NCBI GenBank assembly: GCA_947305245.1
Contig: CAMZDG010000005.1
Location: 26,891 to 90,890 of the forward strand
Direction of reading: 5' to 3'
Source of the DNA: an uncultured Lachnospiraceae bacterium
Lineage (GTDB): Bacteria > Bacillota > Clostridia > Lachnospirales > Lachnospiraceae
Length of the DNA: 64,000 bases
Part shown: positions 34,334-44,213 of the stretch, in pieces
Numbering within the stretch: the stretch's first letter is position 1
How the letters are laid out: each line of letters starts with the position of its first letter
The notes under the pieces: generated by a model
Database searches by the model: none
The model's input: only the letters and a program-made list of their open reading frames with translations
What the model was told of the DNA's origin: nothing
Made by a program: the position numbers and the translations under genes

Positions 34334-36124
34334 TTATTCGAACTGACTCGCGTATAATTTGTAATAGAAACCACGGCGGGTCATGAGGTCGTCGTGGGTA
34401 CCCTGTTCCACGACGTCGCCGGCGTTCACGACGAGGATCTGGTCGGCGTTCTGGATGGTACTTAATCTGTGGGCGATCACGAAGCTTGTTTTCCCTTTCA
34501 TCAAGCTTCGGATCGCCTTTTGTACTTGGCGCTCCGTGTTGGTGTCGACGTTGCTGGTCGCCTCGTCGAGGATCAGCATATTGGTATTATAAAGCATGGC
34601 GCGGGCGATGGTGAGGAGCTGCTTCTGGCCCTTGGAAATATTGCCGCCGTCCTCATAAATGATGGTGTTATAGCCTTTGGGAAGGCGCAGTACGTAGTCG
34701 TGGATCTTCGCTGCTTTGGCGGCGGCCACGACTTCTTCTTTGGTCGCATTTTCCTTGCCATAGGCGATGTTGTCGAAGATGGTGCCCTGAAAGAGCCAGG
34801 TGTCCTGCAGCACCATGGCGTAATTCTTTCGAAGGCTCTCCATGGTATAGGAGCGATATTCCTTGTCATCCACGGTGATCTCACCGGAATTTACGTCATA
34901 AAACCGCATGAGCAGGTTAATGATGGTGGTCTTTCCGGCGCCGGTGGGGCCTACGATGGCGATGGTCTGTCCAGGCTTCGCCTCGAAGTTTAAGTCCTTC
35001 AGGATCGTCTTTTCCGGCACGTAACCAAAGGCGACGTGCTTTGCGCCGACCTCACCCTGACAGTTTTCGAGCGTTTCCGCGCCATAGAGGTCTGCGGCCT
35101 CCTCGGGCTGATCTAACAGGTGGAAGACTCTCTCGCCGGCCGCGAGCGCGCTGAAGATCTCGTTGATGATGTTGGAGATCTCGTTGATGGGGCCGGAGAA
35201 CTTACGGCTGTAGAGGATAAAGCTGGAGATCTGCTCCAGGCCGACGATCGCCTTCATGTACAGCACGGCGCCGCCCATGCCGATGGCGGCAAGGCCGAGG
35301 TTCGAGATCATGCCGATGGTGGGGCCCATTTTCATGCCCATGCCGTCCGCGTTCCGATACGCCTCCGCGGCATTTCGATTGATCTCGCTGAAGCGCTCGG
35401 ACATCTTGTCCTCGCAGGCGTAGGCCAGGATGGTCTTTTGGCCCGTGAACATTTCCTCGGCGTACCCATTCATGACGCCGTAGGCCGCGCTCCGCTTGGA
35501 ATACAAGGGGCGCGTGATCTTTCCCATCCGCTTGGTGTACCAGATGGACAGCGGGATGGTGAAGATCATGCAGAGCACCAGGGGAACCGAAATGGTGCAC
35601 ATGATGACGAAGCTTCCGACCACGGTGATGGTGCTCGTAAGGATTTGGATCACGTCCGTGGAGAGGCAGGTGGAGACCACGTCGATGTCGTAGGAGACGC
35701 GGCTGATGATGTCGCCGGCCTGATTTCGGTCAAAGTAACTCACGGGGAGCTTCATGAGCTTCTCGAACACGTCCTGACGCAGGTTTTGCGCGACGCGCTT
35801 GCCCACGCGGGTCATGCAGACGCTCACGGTAAAGCCGAGGATATTCGAGCAGACGTACGCGAGGAGCATCAGGATCGTATAATGCAGCACTTGATCCATG
35901 TCCACCTGTCCGATGCCCTTCTTATATCCTTCCTCGGCCACGCCGATGGCCTTTCCGGCAAAGCGGGGGCCAAGAAGGTTCCCCACGTTGCTGACAATGG
36001 CACAAAGGAATAGGAGCGCAATGATCCATTTATATTTTTCCAGATAGCGAAGGATCCTAAGAAGCGTCCCCTTCGCGTCCTTCGGTTTTTCTTTTTTTCC
36101 GCCTCGATCTCCAGGTCCCGGCAT
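34334..36124 (-). CDS. ABC exporter (TMD+NBD), consensus-site subunit
   Basis: GPTGAGKTT, ISKGQKQL, ILDEATS, IAHRLS. Confidence 0.95.
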   Translation of the reverse strand: MPGPGDRGGKKEKPKDAKGTLLRILRYLEKYKWIIALLFLCAIVSNVGNLLGPRFAGKAIGVAEEGYKKGIGQVDMDQVLHYTILMLLAYVCSNILGFTVSVCMTRVGKRVAQNLRQDVFEKLMKLPVSYFDRNQAGDIISRVSYDIDVVSTCLSTDVIQILTSTITVVGSFVIMCTISVPLVLCMIFTIPLSIWYTKRMGKITRPLYSKRSAAYGVMNGYAEEMFTGQKTILAYACEDKMSERFSEINRNAAEAYRNADGMGMKMGPTIGMISNLGLAAIGMGGAVLYMKAIVGLEQISSFILYSRKFSGPINEISNIINEIFSALAAGERVFHLLDQPEEAADLYGAETLENCQGEVGAKHVAFGYVPEKTILKDLNFEAKPGQTIAIVGPTGAGKTTIINLLMRFYDVNSGEITVDDKEYRSYTMESLRKNYAMVLQDTWLFQGTIFDNIAYGKENATKEEVVAAAKAAKIHDYVLRLPKGYNTIIYEDGGNISKGQKQLLTIARAMLYNTNMLILDEATSNVDTNTERQVQKAIRSLMKGKTSFVIAHRLSTIQNADQILVVNAGDVVEQGTHDDLMTRRGFYYKLYASQFE

Positions 36125-36150
36125 GTCTAAATTTCTCCTTTTTGCTAGAT

Positions 36151-38007
36151 TTAAGCCATGGCGCCCATCTGCACTTCGTAGGTCTCAAGGTAGTCCTTGC
36201 AGGTGAGCAGCAGCTCCTCGTGCGTGCCATATCCGATGCACTTTCCATTGTCCAAAACCAGGATCTTATCCATGTTCATGACGCTGGAAACGCGCTGTGC
36301 GATGAGGATCAGCGTGCAGTCCGGATGATGCGCAAGGATCGCCTTACGCATGGCCGCGTCCGTCTTATAATCGAGCGCCGACGAGCTGTCGTCCAGGATC
36401 AGGATCTCCGGATTTCCGGCGAGCGCCCTTGCAACGAACATGCGCTGCTTTTGGCCGCCGGAGAGGTTTGCTCCCTTGATGGTGGCCTCATATTGTAAGC
36501 CCTGTGCCAGGCCGTCCACGTATTCCGCGGCGCAGGCATCCTCCACGGCGCTTCGAATGGCCGCGGGGTCTAGCTTTCTCTCAAAATCAATGTTTTCATA
36601 GAGGGTATTTTGAAAGATCATGTCATTTTGGAAGACCGTGCCGAATTTCCTGCGAAGGTCATCCTTTCCATAGGCCGAAACAGGCTTTCCGTCAATGACG
36701 ATGCTTCCCTCATCCGCCTCATAAAAGCGCATCAGGAGGTTCACGATCGTGGATTTCCCACAACCCGTAGGCCCGATGATGCCAAGGGTTTCGCCCTTTT
36801 TCATGGTAAAGGAAATCTCAGACAGTGCCTTCTCACGGCCTTCTCCGCCAAAGTCCGCAGTGGTCTGCGCCACTTCCTCTTGCGAAGCAGGGCGTTTCTT
36901 CTTTTGATCTGTGGCAGCAGGCGTTCCATCCGCTTCCAGTTTTCCATAACTAAAGGAGACATTTTCAAATCGGATGAAGGGCTCGTCCGCCGAAAGATTT
37001 TCCGCGTTGGAGGAGGGCGCCTCCTCACCTGCGGCAATGCGTTCCGCTTTGGCCACAAGCTCCTCCGTATCCATGGCGAGGACCTCCGCGATGCGGTTTG
37101 CACTGGCGCTGGCCTTACTCATGGTGGTAAAGATGCGGGAGAGGCCCATGACGCCCATGGTGATCATGTTAAAGTAGGTGAGGAACGCGAGGATCACGCC
37201 GGGCTTGATCTCTCCGATATTCACGCGATAGGCGCCGACGAAGACAACGATGGAAAGGCCGATGTTTAGGAGGAACTGGATCACGGGTCCGGGCATGGCC
37301 ATGACGGTCGCTGCCGCCACGTCACTCTTTGTCAGCTCCTGATTGGACTCGGCGAAACGCCGCTTTTCGTAGGCTTCCTTGCTCAGCGCCTTCACCACGC
37401 GGATGCCGGTAATGTTCTCGCGCATTACGCGCACCACGACGTCGAGCTTCTTTTGCACCTTGGTATACATGGGGATACCGCGGGAAGAAATAAAGTAGAT
37501 GACAAGGATCAGAAGCGGCATCATGAGCAGCAAGATCAGCGAGAGCTTGAAATCCATGAGCATGGTCATGATCAGGCCGCCAAGGAGCATCATGGGCGCG
37601 CGCACGCAAAGGCTCTGGAGCTGCGCCACCGCGGCTTGAACGTTGTAGCTGTCGCTTGTCATGCGCGAGATCAGGCTCGGGAGCGTGAGCGCGTCAAATT
37701 GTGTCCCCGACAGGTTCATGGTTTTTTCGAACAGCTTTTGACGGATCTCATAGCTGATCACGTGCGCATTGTTGATGGCGCGCTTATTCGCAATGACGTT
37801 CAGCGCGCGAAAGACGATGGCCGTGACGAACATGAGCGAACCCCAAAGGAGCACCCGGGTAAGGTTCCCGGAGGGCACGATCTCATCGATGATGTACTCC
37901 AAAATATACGGAAGCGATAGTTCGCTGACCGATCCGAGGAACTTGATCAGGATGGCCAGGGCGACCAGCTTCCAATGCATTTTCATGTGCTTGAAGATTA
38001 ATTTCAT
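36151..38007 (-). CDS. ABC exporter (TMD+NBD), degenerate-site subunit
   Basis: GPTGCGKST, LSGGQKQR, ILDDSSS, IAQR: TM287/288-type heterodimer pattern. Confidence 0.95.
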   Translation of the reverse strand: MKLIFKHMKMHWKLVALAILIKFLGSVSELSLPYILEYIIDEIVPSGNLTRVLLWGSLMFVTAIVFRALNVIANKRAINNAHVISYEIRQKLFEKTMNLSGTQFDALTLPSLISRMTSDSYNVQAAVAQLQSLCVRAPMMLLGGLIMTMLMDFKLSLILLLMMPLLILVIYFISSRGIPMYTKVQKKLDVVVRVMRENITGIRVVKALSKEAYEKRRFAESNQELTKSDVAAATVMAMPGPVIQFLLNIGLSIVVFVGAYRVNIGEIKPGVILAFLTYFNMITMGVMGLSRIFTTMSKASASANRIAEVLAMDTEELVAKAERIAAGEEAPSSNAENLSADEPFIRFENVSFSYGKLEADGTPAATDQKKKRPASQEEVAQTTADFGGEGREKALSEISFTMKKGETLGIIGPTGCGKSTIVNLLMRFYEADEGSIVIDGKPVSAYGKDDLRRKFGTVFQNDMIFQNTLYENIDFERKLDPAAIRSAVEDACAAEYVDGLAQGLQYEATIKGANLSGGQKQRMFVARALAGNPEILILDDSSSALDYKTDAAMRKAILAHHPDCTLILIAQRVSSVMNMDKILVLDNGKCIGYGTHEELLLTCKDYLETYEVQMGAMA

Positions 38008-38142
38008 GATACTTGTTTCCTGTCTTAGACAAAAATAATTAGACCGCTAACAATTCTAACACGTTTGCCTTCCCCTTAAAAGAGCCAAAGGCATTTTCGC
38101 AAATAATGGGCATAATTCCATAAAACTGAGAGTTTTCTGTCA

Positions 38143-38160
38143 TTAGACAAGCATGTCTAA
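38143..38160. promoter_or_regulatory. Palindromic operator, copy 1
   Basis: TTAGACAAGCATGTCTAA (arms extend to CATTAGACA/TGTCTAATG). Confidence 0.7.
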
Positions 38161-38276
38161 TGGAAAAAATGAATGGCAAAAGGAAAAATCCTATTCCATG
38201 TCCTGTTCAATTGGGGAGGAAGCGATTAGGATGAAACTCAAGAACTGCGAAATGCAGAAAATAGGAGGAAACAAAA

Positions 38277-38432
38277 ATGAGTTCAATCGCACCGATGTTA
38301 TTATTAAAGAAAAAAAGAGAAGAAAACCAGGGAGGCAAAAAAATGAAGAAATGGGTGAAAGCCGTTTTGGTTGGACTGACTATGATCGTGATCTTTTTGA
38401 TCGTGATCGGGATCATGATTGTTCGTTTCTAG
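38277..38432 (+). CDS. Small single-TM protein (51 aa; 29 aa from the second in-frame start at 38343)
   Basis: MSSIAPMLLLKKKREENQGGKKMKKWVKAVLVGLTMIVIFLIVIGIMIVRF*; RBS AGGAGG before 38277 and GGGAGG before 38343. Confidence 0.6.
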   Translation: MSSIAPMLLLKKKREENQGGKKMKKWVKAVLVGLTMIVIFLIVIGIMIVRF

Positions 38433-38444
38433 GAGAGAATTCGG

Positions 38445-39125
38445 TTATTGGGATCGATTTTGGAGCATGAGGTTGACCTTTCTGAGCAGGCAAGATACCC
38501 CCCAGCTGGTCAGCACGATGCCTGCGAAGATCATCGCGGCGGGCCCGTAGCCCCAGTTCATAAAGCCGTACCAGTCATTGGTATGGGGCCACTCGCCCTT
38601 GCCGTTGATCAAAATATTTCCCAGATAGACGCACCCATAGAGCAGGGCAGGAGCGCCTGCCAGGAAGGTATTGCGGAAGGGAAGGTCGCCGTCAAGCAGG
38701 CAAAATTCAACCATGCCAAGCAGCGGAATGATCAGATGGAAAAAGAGGTTGGAACCCAGATATAACATGCTATAGCCGTAGATCGGACCGAAAAAGCAGG
38801 CAACCACCAGAAAGGTCACCGAAACGGCGGCTGTCGCGGCAAGCTTTAACGTCATGATCCAAGCGGGAAGTGTCGAAGGGTTCTTGACGGGCGAAACGGT
38901 TTCAGTCGCTATTTTGCGAGAAGGAAGAACTTGCGTGATCATGAAGATCGCTGCAACGATCCCGCAAAAAATGTTAGAAAGCACGGTAAAATACTTTAGG
39001 TTTGCCCAGCCAGAGGAGGTCAGAAGTTCCCCTTCGGCACCGTTTCGATACAGCATGATCCCAAGACCCAATAAAGTAAATGCCACGATCAGTATGTTGA
39101 GAACAAATACGCAGTTTTTCTTCAT
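38445..39125 (-). CDS. Pr6Pr-like integral membrane protein
   Basis: LKYFTVLSN, LFFHLIIPL, WYGF motifs; about 6 TM. Confidence 0.7.
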   Translation of the reverse strand: MKKNCVFVLNILIVAFTLLGLGIMLYRNGAEGELLTSSGWANLKYFTVLSNIFCGIVAAIFMITQVLPSRKIATETVSPVKNPSTLPAWIMTLKLAATAAVSVTFLVVACFFGPIYGYSMLYLGSNLFFHLIIPLLGMVEFCLLDGDLPFRNTFLAGAPALLYGCVYLGNILINGKGEWPHTNDWYGFMNWGYGPAAMIFAGIVLTSWGVSCLLRKVNLMLQNRSQ

Positions 39126-39183
39126 AAGTGATATCTCCTTTATATGAGAAGTCCGTGAATGTACCAGCCCAATTTTATATTCG

Positions 39184-39786
39184 TCAACCGGCGCTGATCA
39201 TCAACAGGGGGAGTACGGCGAGCAACAGGGCAAAGCCGCCGATCACAATGAGCAGGATGGGCAGAAGGTTTTTCCGAAGCTTTTGTTTATACTTTCTCTG
39301 AAGGATCTGCAGGCGATCCGTCGTATACAGAATGCTGGCGGACAGGGCAAGATAGACGAAGAGAACGCAAAGCTTTTTTATCAAGTTGACCGGGAGGCTG
39401 TCCGCCGGGCCAAAATTGGTAAGACAAACATTGCAGATGACTGCGATCAGGCCTGCAATGGCATAGATCCTTGTTTTCGTCGCCATTTTTTCTTTGTCGG
39501 AATCTACATAGGCGGCTACTTCCTGCAACTTTGCATGATCCTCCACTTTGGCGTTACTTTCTTCTTTCGTAGGAGCATTTCGCTCTCCGTTTAGGATCTC
39601 GCGAACGTCCAATTGATAATACTCTGCGATCTCCAGAAGGAGACTAATGTCAGGCATGTTACTTCCGGTTTCCCATCTTGAGACGGTGCGGTTTGTCACT
39701 TGGAAGATTTCCGCGAGCTGCTCCTGCGTCAGATTTTTTTCTTTTCGAAGCTCTCTTAAAAAAGAACCTACTTTGATCATATCCAT
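39184..39786 (-). CDS. XRE-family HTH regulator with C-terminal TM helices
   Basis: LRELRKEKNLTQEQLAE..VTNRTVSRWETGSNMPD. Confidence 0.92.
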   Translation of the reverse strand: MDMIKVGSFLRELRKEKNLTQEQLAEIFQVTNRTVSRWETGSNMPDISLLLEIAEYYQLDVREILNGERNAPTKEESNAKVEDHAKLQEVAAYVDSDKEKMATKTRIYAIAGLIAVICNVCLTNFGPADSLPVNLIKKLCVLFVYLALSASILYTTDRLQILQRKYKQKLRKNLLPILLIVIGGFALLLAVLPLLMISAG

Positions 39787-39875
39787 GATAATATCTCTCC
39801 CATCACGACCAAGGCAGAAATCCTGCCGAATACTCTCTTAGAAATAAAACGACCTCTTTAGGTATCTTATCATGT

Positions 39876-39893
39876 TTGGACAAGCTTGTCCAA
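39876..39893. promoter_or_regulatory. Palindromic operator, copy 2
   Basis: Perfect palindrome TTGGACAAGCTTGTCCAA between the divergent XRE and CPBP genes. Confidence 0.7.
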
Positions 39894-40049
39894 TCCTGTT
39901 AAATAAAGGAATTCCCGCGATATGTCCTGTATTCTTTCTCGGATCACAGGTATGCTTTTTTCAGAGGCCGCGGGAAAGCGGTGATAAAGATCACTCAAGA
40001 GGAAGAAATCAAATCTTCATTATGGAAGAAGAAAGAAGAGGAAAGTAGA

Positions 40050-40895
40050 ATGGAAAAGAGAAGTTTAGTGAAAAAAGAAATCCCTGTGACGGGAAAGGAA
40101 GGTTTGGTAAAGGGTGCACTGATTCTGTTTGCCATCCTGTTTGGGGTTGGAGGCAGTATCGTGTTATCCTTTCTGTTTGGGAAGCAACTAAAGGAGATGT
40201 TTTCGAATTACTTTGTTTTGCGATTTGTGTCAGAGTCGATCTCTGCCATACTCGGGTTGCTCCTGGTTTTTGCATTTCGTAAGCAAAAAGTGCTAAAAGC
40301 ATCTTCAAAGGGGATGAAGGAAGGACTGATTTGCGGTGCGGCATGGGTCCTCCTTCCAATCCTGGTTCTTGCGAATATGACCATGGACCTGCGAGATATG
40401 CCAGATCTTCAGTTCGTTCGCGGGTGGGAGATCTTGCTGCTCCTTCTTCAATGCGTACTGATCGGTTTCTATGAGGAATGCATATTCCGTGGCATTGCAC
40501 TGGAGCTTTCTTTTGAATTGTTTGGCGCGGAGACGAAAAAGCAGGCGAAGCGGGCCATATTCGTTGTGGCGAGCCTATTCGGGGCGACGCACTTGATCAA
40601 TGCCTTTCACTCGGAAATCACCCTTACGGCAGCGATCATGCAAGCCATCTCAGCCATGGGGCTCGGACTTGTCTTTGGCGCGATTTTTTATCGCTCCGAG
40701 AGAAACATTTGGCCCTGCGTGATCTTCCACGCCATCCAGGATGCATCCGCATTCATCATGAGCGGCGCGCTTTACGGAGTGTCACAGGAGTCAGCGATCG
40801 GGAAGACGAACGTATCACAGGTGCTTTATTCCCTGCTTTTTGTCGCATGGTTTTTCTATCTGATGCGGGAGCAGACGGACGAGAAATCAGTTTAA
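40050..40895 (+). CDS. CPBP (Abi/CAAX-type) intramembrane metalloprotease, 281 aa
   Basis: EECIFRG, LFGATH, FHAIQD. Confidence 0.9.
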   Translation: MEKRSLVKKEIPVTGKEGLVKGALILFAILFGVGGSIVLSFLFGKQLKEMFSNYFVLRFVSESISAILGLLLVFAFRKQKVLKASSKGMKEGLICGAAWVLLPILVLANMTMDLRDMPDLQFVRGWEILLLLLQCVLIGFYEECIFRGIALELSFELFGAETKKQAKRAIFVVASLFGATHLINAFHSEITLTAAIMQAISAMGLGLVFGAIFYRSERNIWPCVIFHAIQDASAFIMSGALYGVSQESAIGKTNVSQVLYSLLFVAWFFYLMREQTDEKSV

Positions 40896-40965
40896 TGCAT
40901 CTCACATGCGAAAAATGCATCTCACCTTCGGAAATCTTGCCGTGCCTGGAAGGCCTTTTTATAAT
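40894..40965 (+). promoter_or_regulatory. LytTR-type direct repeat and -10
   Basis: AATGCATCTCAC at 40894 and 40914 (20-bp period); TATAAT at 40960-40965. Confidence 0.7.
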
Positions 40966-41021
40966 GGCATCAACAGGGAAATCAAAGGCAATGGATTTCA
41001 GATGAAAAAGGAGAAAATGAG

Positions 41022-42431
41022 ATGGGAATCGCAGCATTGATCATTTTAATTGGTTTAGAGATAGGGCTTTGCGTATGGACGATGGCAAAGCATAGGGAGG
41101 GGCTTACGCGGAAGCGGGATCGCCTGGCGGTGAGCCTCGTTCAGTGGGGCGTGATCGCTATGATCATGCTCCTGCCGATTGGGAATAAGGGCCTTCGGTT
41201 CGCGGCGTGCTTTGCGCTCCTGAGCATTCGACTGCTTATCTTCCTGATCCGGCTCTTCTTGATGAGAAAGCAGGGAAAGGTGCGCGGGGTTTTTGCAACG
41301 GTTTTAAGTTGCCTTCTGATCATGTTTTCGCTGTTCCCGGCATTTCTGTTCACGGGATATCAGAGCCTGCCGACGACGGGGGAATATGAGGTACAGATGG
41401 TAAGTGCGATCCTCACGGATGAGGCGAGAATTGAGAGCTTTGAGACGGATCAAAGTCACAGAGAGGTGCCGATTTACGTGTTTTATCCGGTGGAAGCTAA
41501 GGCGAAAGGCGGCGCGGCGGATGTGCTTCCGGACGGGAAATTTCCGCTGGTGTTATTCTCTCACGGAGCGTTCGGATTTTATGCAAGCAACCTGTCCACC
41601 TATCAGGAGCTGGCCAGCCATGGATATATCGTGATCAGCATGGACCATCCTTATCATTCCTTTTATACGAAGGATACGAGCGGGAAGATCATTACCGTCA
41701 ATCGTGATTTCATGCAGTCCGTCATGAACGCTAATGCGACGGGGGAAGATGCGCTCTCGGAGGAAAAGATTTTTGAGACTTCCAGAGAGTGGATGAAGCT
41801 GCGCATCGAGGACGTATCCTTTGTGCTGGATGAGGTGGAGCGACAGATCGGCGGGGAAAGCGCGGTTGATGGCGGGAAAGGAGTTTATGCACTTGGCGAG
41901 GCATGGCACGTGGAGAAGGATGCCGATGCGCAGCAGCTCGGTCAGATCCTTGCGCGGACCGATGCGGACAAGATCGGCGTGATGGGGCATTCCCTTGGCG
42001 GCGCGACCAGCGTGACGATCGGGCGGACGAGGAGCGACGTAAAGGCTGTGATCGACCTGGACGGGACGATGCTCGGCGAAGAGCTTAGCTTTGAAAATGG
42101 AGAGTATCAATATTATGATGAGGCGTATCCGATCCCGCTCCTTGCGATCAACAATGAGGAGCATCAGGAAGAGATGGAGCGGTATGGCACGCTGTACGTG
42201 AATGGCACAGTGCTTGCAAATGCAAAGGACGCAAGTTATACTTATTTCAAGGGAAGCGCGCATATGAACTTTACGGATCTGCCGCTGTTTTCACCTGTCC
42301 TTGCTTCCATGCTTGGAACGGGGAGCGTGGATGCGAAGGAATGCGTTATGACCATGAATGAGCTTGTGCTACAGTTCTTTGATCATTATCTGAAGGGCCA
42401 AGGGGAGTTTCAGGTGGAGGAATTCTACTAG
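41022..42431 (+). CDS. Membrane-anchored alpha/beta hydrolase (PAF-acetylhydrolase/chlorophyllase-like)
   Basis: N-terminal TMs; PLVLFSHG, LASHGYIV, GHSLGG, DLDG, HMNFTD. Confidence 0.85.
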   Translation: MGIAALIILIGLEIGLCVWTMAKHREGLTRKRDRLAVSLVQWGVIAMIMLLPIGNKGLRFAACFALLSIRLLIFLIRLFLMRKQGKVRGVFATVLSCLLIMFSLFPAFLFTGYQSLPTTGEYEVQMVSAILTDEARIESFETDQSHREVPIYVFYPVEAKAKGGAADVLPDGKFPLVLFSHGAFGFYASNLSTYQELASHGYIVISMDHPYHSFYTKDTSGKIITVNRDFMQSVMNANATGEDALSEEKIFETSREWMKLRIEDVSFVLDEVERQIGGESAVDGGKGVYALGEAWHVEKDADAQQLGQILARTDADKIGVMGHSLGGATSVTIGRTRSDVKAVIDLDGTMLGEELSFENGEYQYYDEAYPIPLLAINNEEHQEEMERYGTLYVNGTVLANAKDASYTYFKGSAHMNFTDLPLFSPVLASMLGTGSVDAKECVMTMNELVLQFFDHYLKGQGEFQVEEFY

Positions 42432-42434
42432 AAG

Positions 42435-42884
42435 ATGGAGATTAAGATATTTAAGGTGGGAAAAGATAAGCCGGAAGAGGTGGAGATCCACTGCCACGAG
42501 ATGACGGAGGAGGTGCGTGAGATCGTAGCCTTCGTGAAGACGAGGCAGGGACAGCTCACCGGCATGCAGGAGGGAAAGCAGTTTGAGATCGCCGTGACGG
42601 ACCTTGCGTACGTGGAGGCGGTCGACAATAAGGTCTTTCTTTATACGCAAAAGCAGGTGTATGAGACGAAGCAAAAGCTCTATGAGCTCGAGGAGCTTTT
42701 GCGGGAGAAGTACTTTCTGCGCGTGTCGAAATCGATGCTGCTAAACCTGATGAAGGTGGGATCGATCAAGCCTGCGATGAACGGGCGAATGCTGGCCGTG
42801 CTTAAGAGCGGGGAAGAGATCCTCATCACGAGAAAGTACGTGGCTGACCTGAAGAGGGCGCTTCGGGGTGAGAGGGCGGACTGA
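42435..42884 (+). CDS. Stand-alone LytTR regulator (second LRS)
   Basis: KLYELEELL..FLRVSKSMLLNL..ITRKY. Confidence 0.92.
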   Translation: MEIKIFKVGKDKPEEVEIHCHEMTEEVREIVAFVKTRQGQLTGMQEGKQFEIAVTDLAYVEAVDNKVFLYTQKQVYETKQKLYELEELLREKYFLRVSKSMLLNLMKVGSIKPAMNGRMLAVLKSGEEILITRKYVADLKRALRGERAD

Positions 42885-42963
42885 TTACAGGATAAGGTCT
42901 GAGCGGAATGGCTTTAGGAAGAGTGCCAGGTTTCGGCAAAGGGATTGGAAAGGATCGGAAAGA

Positions 42964-43404
42964 ATGAGCGGGAAAGATTTTTGGATAGATTTTATCAGAA
43001 CTTATTTCATGATCGTGACCTTGATCACGATCGTAATGTGCATTGTCGGGAAGGTGGTCATGCCGGAGCAGACCTTCGGATATGAGGCGTTTACCGCGCC
43101 GCTGATCGACGGTTTCGTGGGCACGGTGCCAAATTTCGTGCTGTATTCAAAGCGGGAACTCAGGGTGAAGGAACTCCTTGTGCGCAAGGTGGCGCAGCTT
43201 ATTTTGATCGAGGCGGCCGTCCTCTTTCTTTCCTTATATGGCGCGGATCAGAGTTGGAGAGAGCCAAGGATTGTCGGTATACTGATCGGTTCCGTGTTCA
43301 CCGTTTACATGGTCGGAACATTGATCTCATGGATCGTAGATCTCCTGTCGGCAAAGTCGCTGACGAAGGAGCTGCAGGAATTCCAAAGAGCGAATGAAGG
43401 ATGA
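42964..43404 (+). CDS. LRS membrane partner (DUF3021-like), 146 aa
   Basis: About 4 TM; ends AKSLTKELQEFQ. Confidence 0.7.
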   Translation: MSGKDFWIDFIRTYFMIVTLITIVMCIVGKVVMPEQTFGYEAFTAPLIDGFVGTVPNFVLYSKRELRVKELLVRKVAQLILIEAAVLFLSLYGADQSWREPRIVGILIGSVFTVYMVGTLISWIVDLLSAKSLTKELQEFQRANEG

Positions 43405-43464
43405 GTGATTCTTCGCCATCGGATTTCGATACAAACATGACCTTTCAAAAGTAGAAAGAAAGGG

Positions 43465-43498
43465 TTGACACGCTAAATTATATTTGATACAATATAAT
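43465..43498 (+). promoter_or_regulatory. Sigma70 promoter overlapped by an AT-rich inverted repeat (OhrR-type box)
   Basis: TTGACA-N17-TACAAT; ATTATATTTG-ATA-CAATATAAT. Confidence 0.7.
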
Positions 43499-43572
43499 CG
43501 CAACAAAGATAAAACATCGTACATATATGCATGAACGAGAAGCAGGTAAAGAGTAGATAAGGAGGATGAACC

Positions 43573-44115
43573 ATGGGATTTTATGATTATAGCGTGACGG
43601 CACCGGATGGAAAAGAGGTTTCCATGAAGGAATATGAGGGTAAGGTGGTTTTGGTGGTGAATACGGCGACGGGCTGTGGATTTACGCCGCATTATAAGGA
43701 TTTGGAAGAAATGTATGAGCAGTTTCATGAAAAGGGATTTGAGATCGTGGACGTTCCCTGCAATCAGTTCGCGGGTCAGACGCCAGGCACGGATGAGGAA
43801 ATCCATGAGTTTTGTTCGTTGAAGTATCACACGCAGTTCCCGCAGATGAAGAAATCGGACGTCAATGGTGAGAACGAGCTGCCTCTGTTCCGTTTCTTAA
43901 AAGAGCAGAAGGGCTTTGAGGGCTTTGGAAAGGGTCCCGTGGCGCTGGCCATGAGCGCGATGCTCGGAAAGATCGACAAGAATTACAAGGAAAACCCGGA
44001 CGTTAAGTGGAATTTCACGAAGTTTGTGGTCGACCGCGCGGGGAACGTGGTAGCGAGATTTGAGCCGACGGCGAAGATGGCAGACGTTGCAAAGTGTGTG
44101 GAAGGGCTGCTGTAA
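43573..44115 (+). CDS. gpx: Glutathione peroxidase-family (Cys) peroxidase
   Basis: VNTATGCGFTP, PCNQF, KWNFTKF. Confidence 0.95.
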   Translation: MGFYDYSVTAPDGKEVSMKEYEGKVVLVVNTATGCGFTPHYKDLEEMYEQFHEKGFEIVDVPCNQFAGQTPGTDEEIHEFCSLKYHTQFPQMKKSDVNGENELPLFRFLKEQKGFEGFGKGPVALAMSAMLGKIDKNYKENPDVKWNFTKFVVDRAGNVVARFEPTAKMADVAKCVEGLL

Positions 44116-44213
44116 AATAAAAAAGGCAGTCGCAAGGGGCTGCTTTGACGGAAAAGAAGTGGCCACGTGACGGTGGTAGGGCTCCTTTGACGAAATAAGT
44201 GGAGGGATGAGTC

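Noticed and set aside
34331-34336. Zero-gap convergent stop codons (esterase / ABC subunit)
   Set aside because: A common compact arrangement with no further signal
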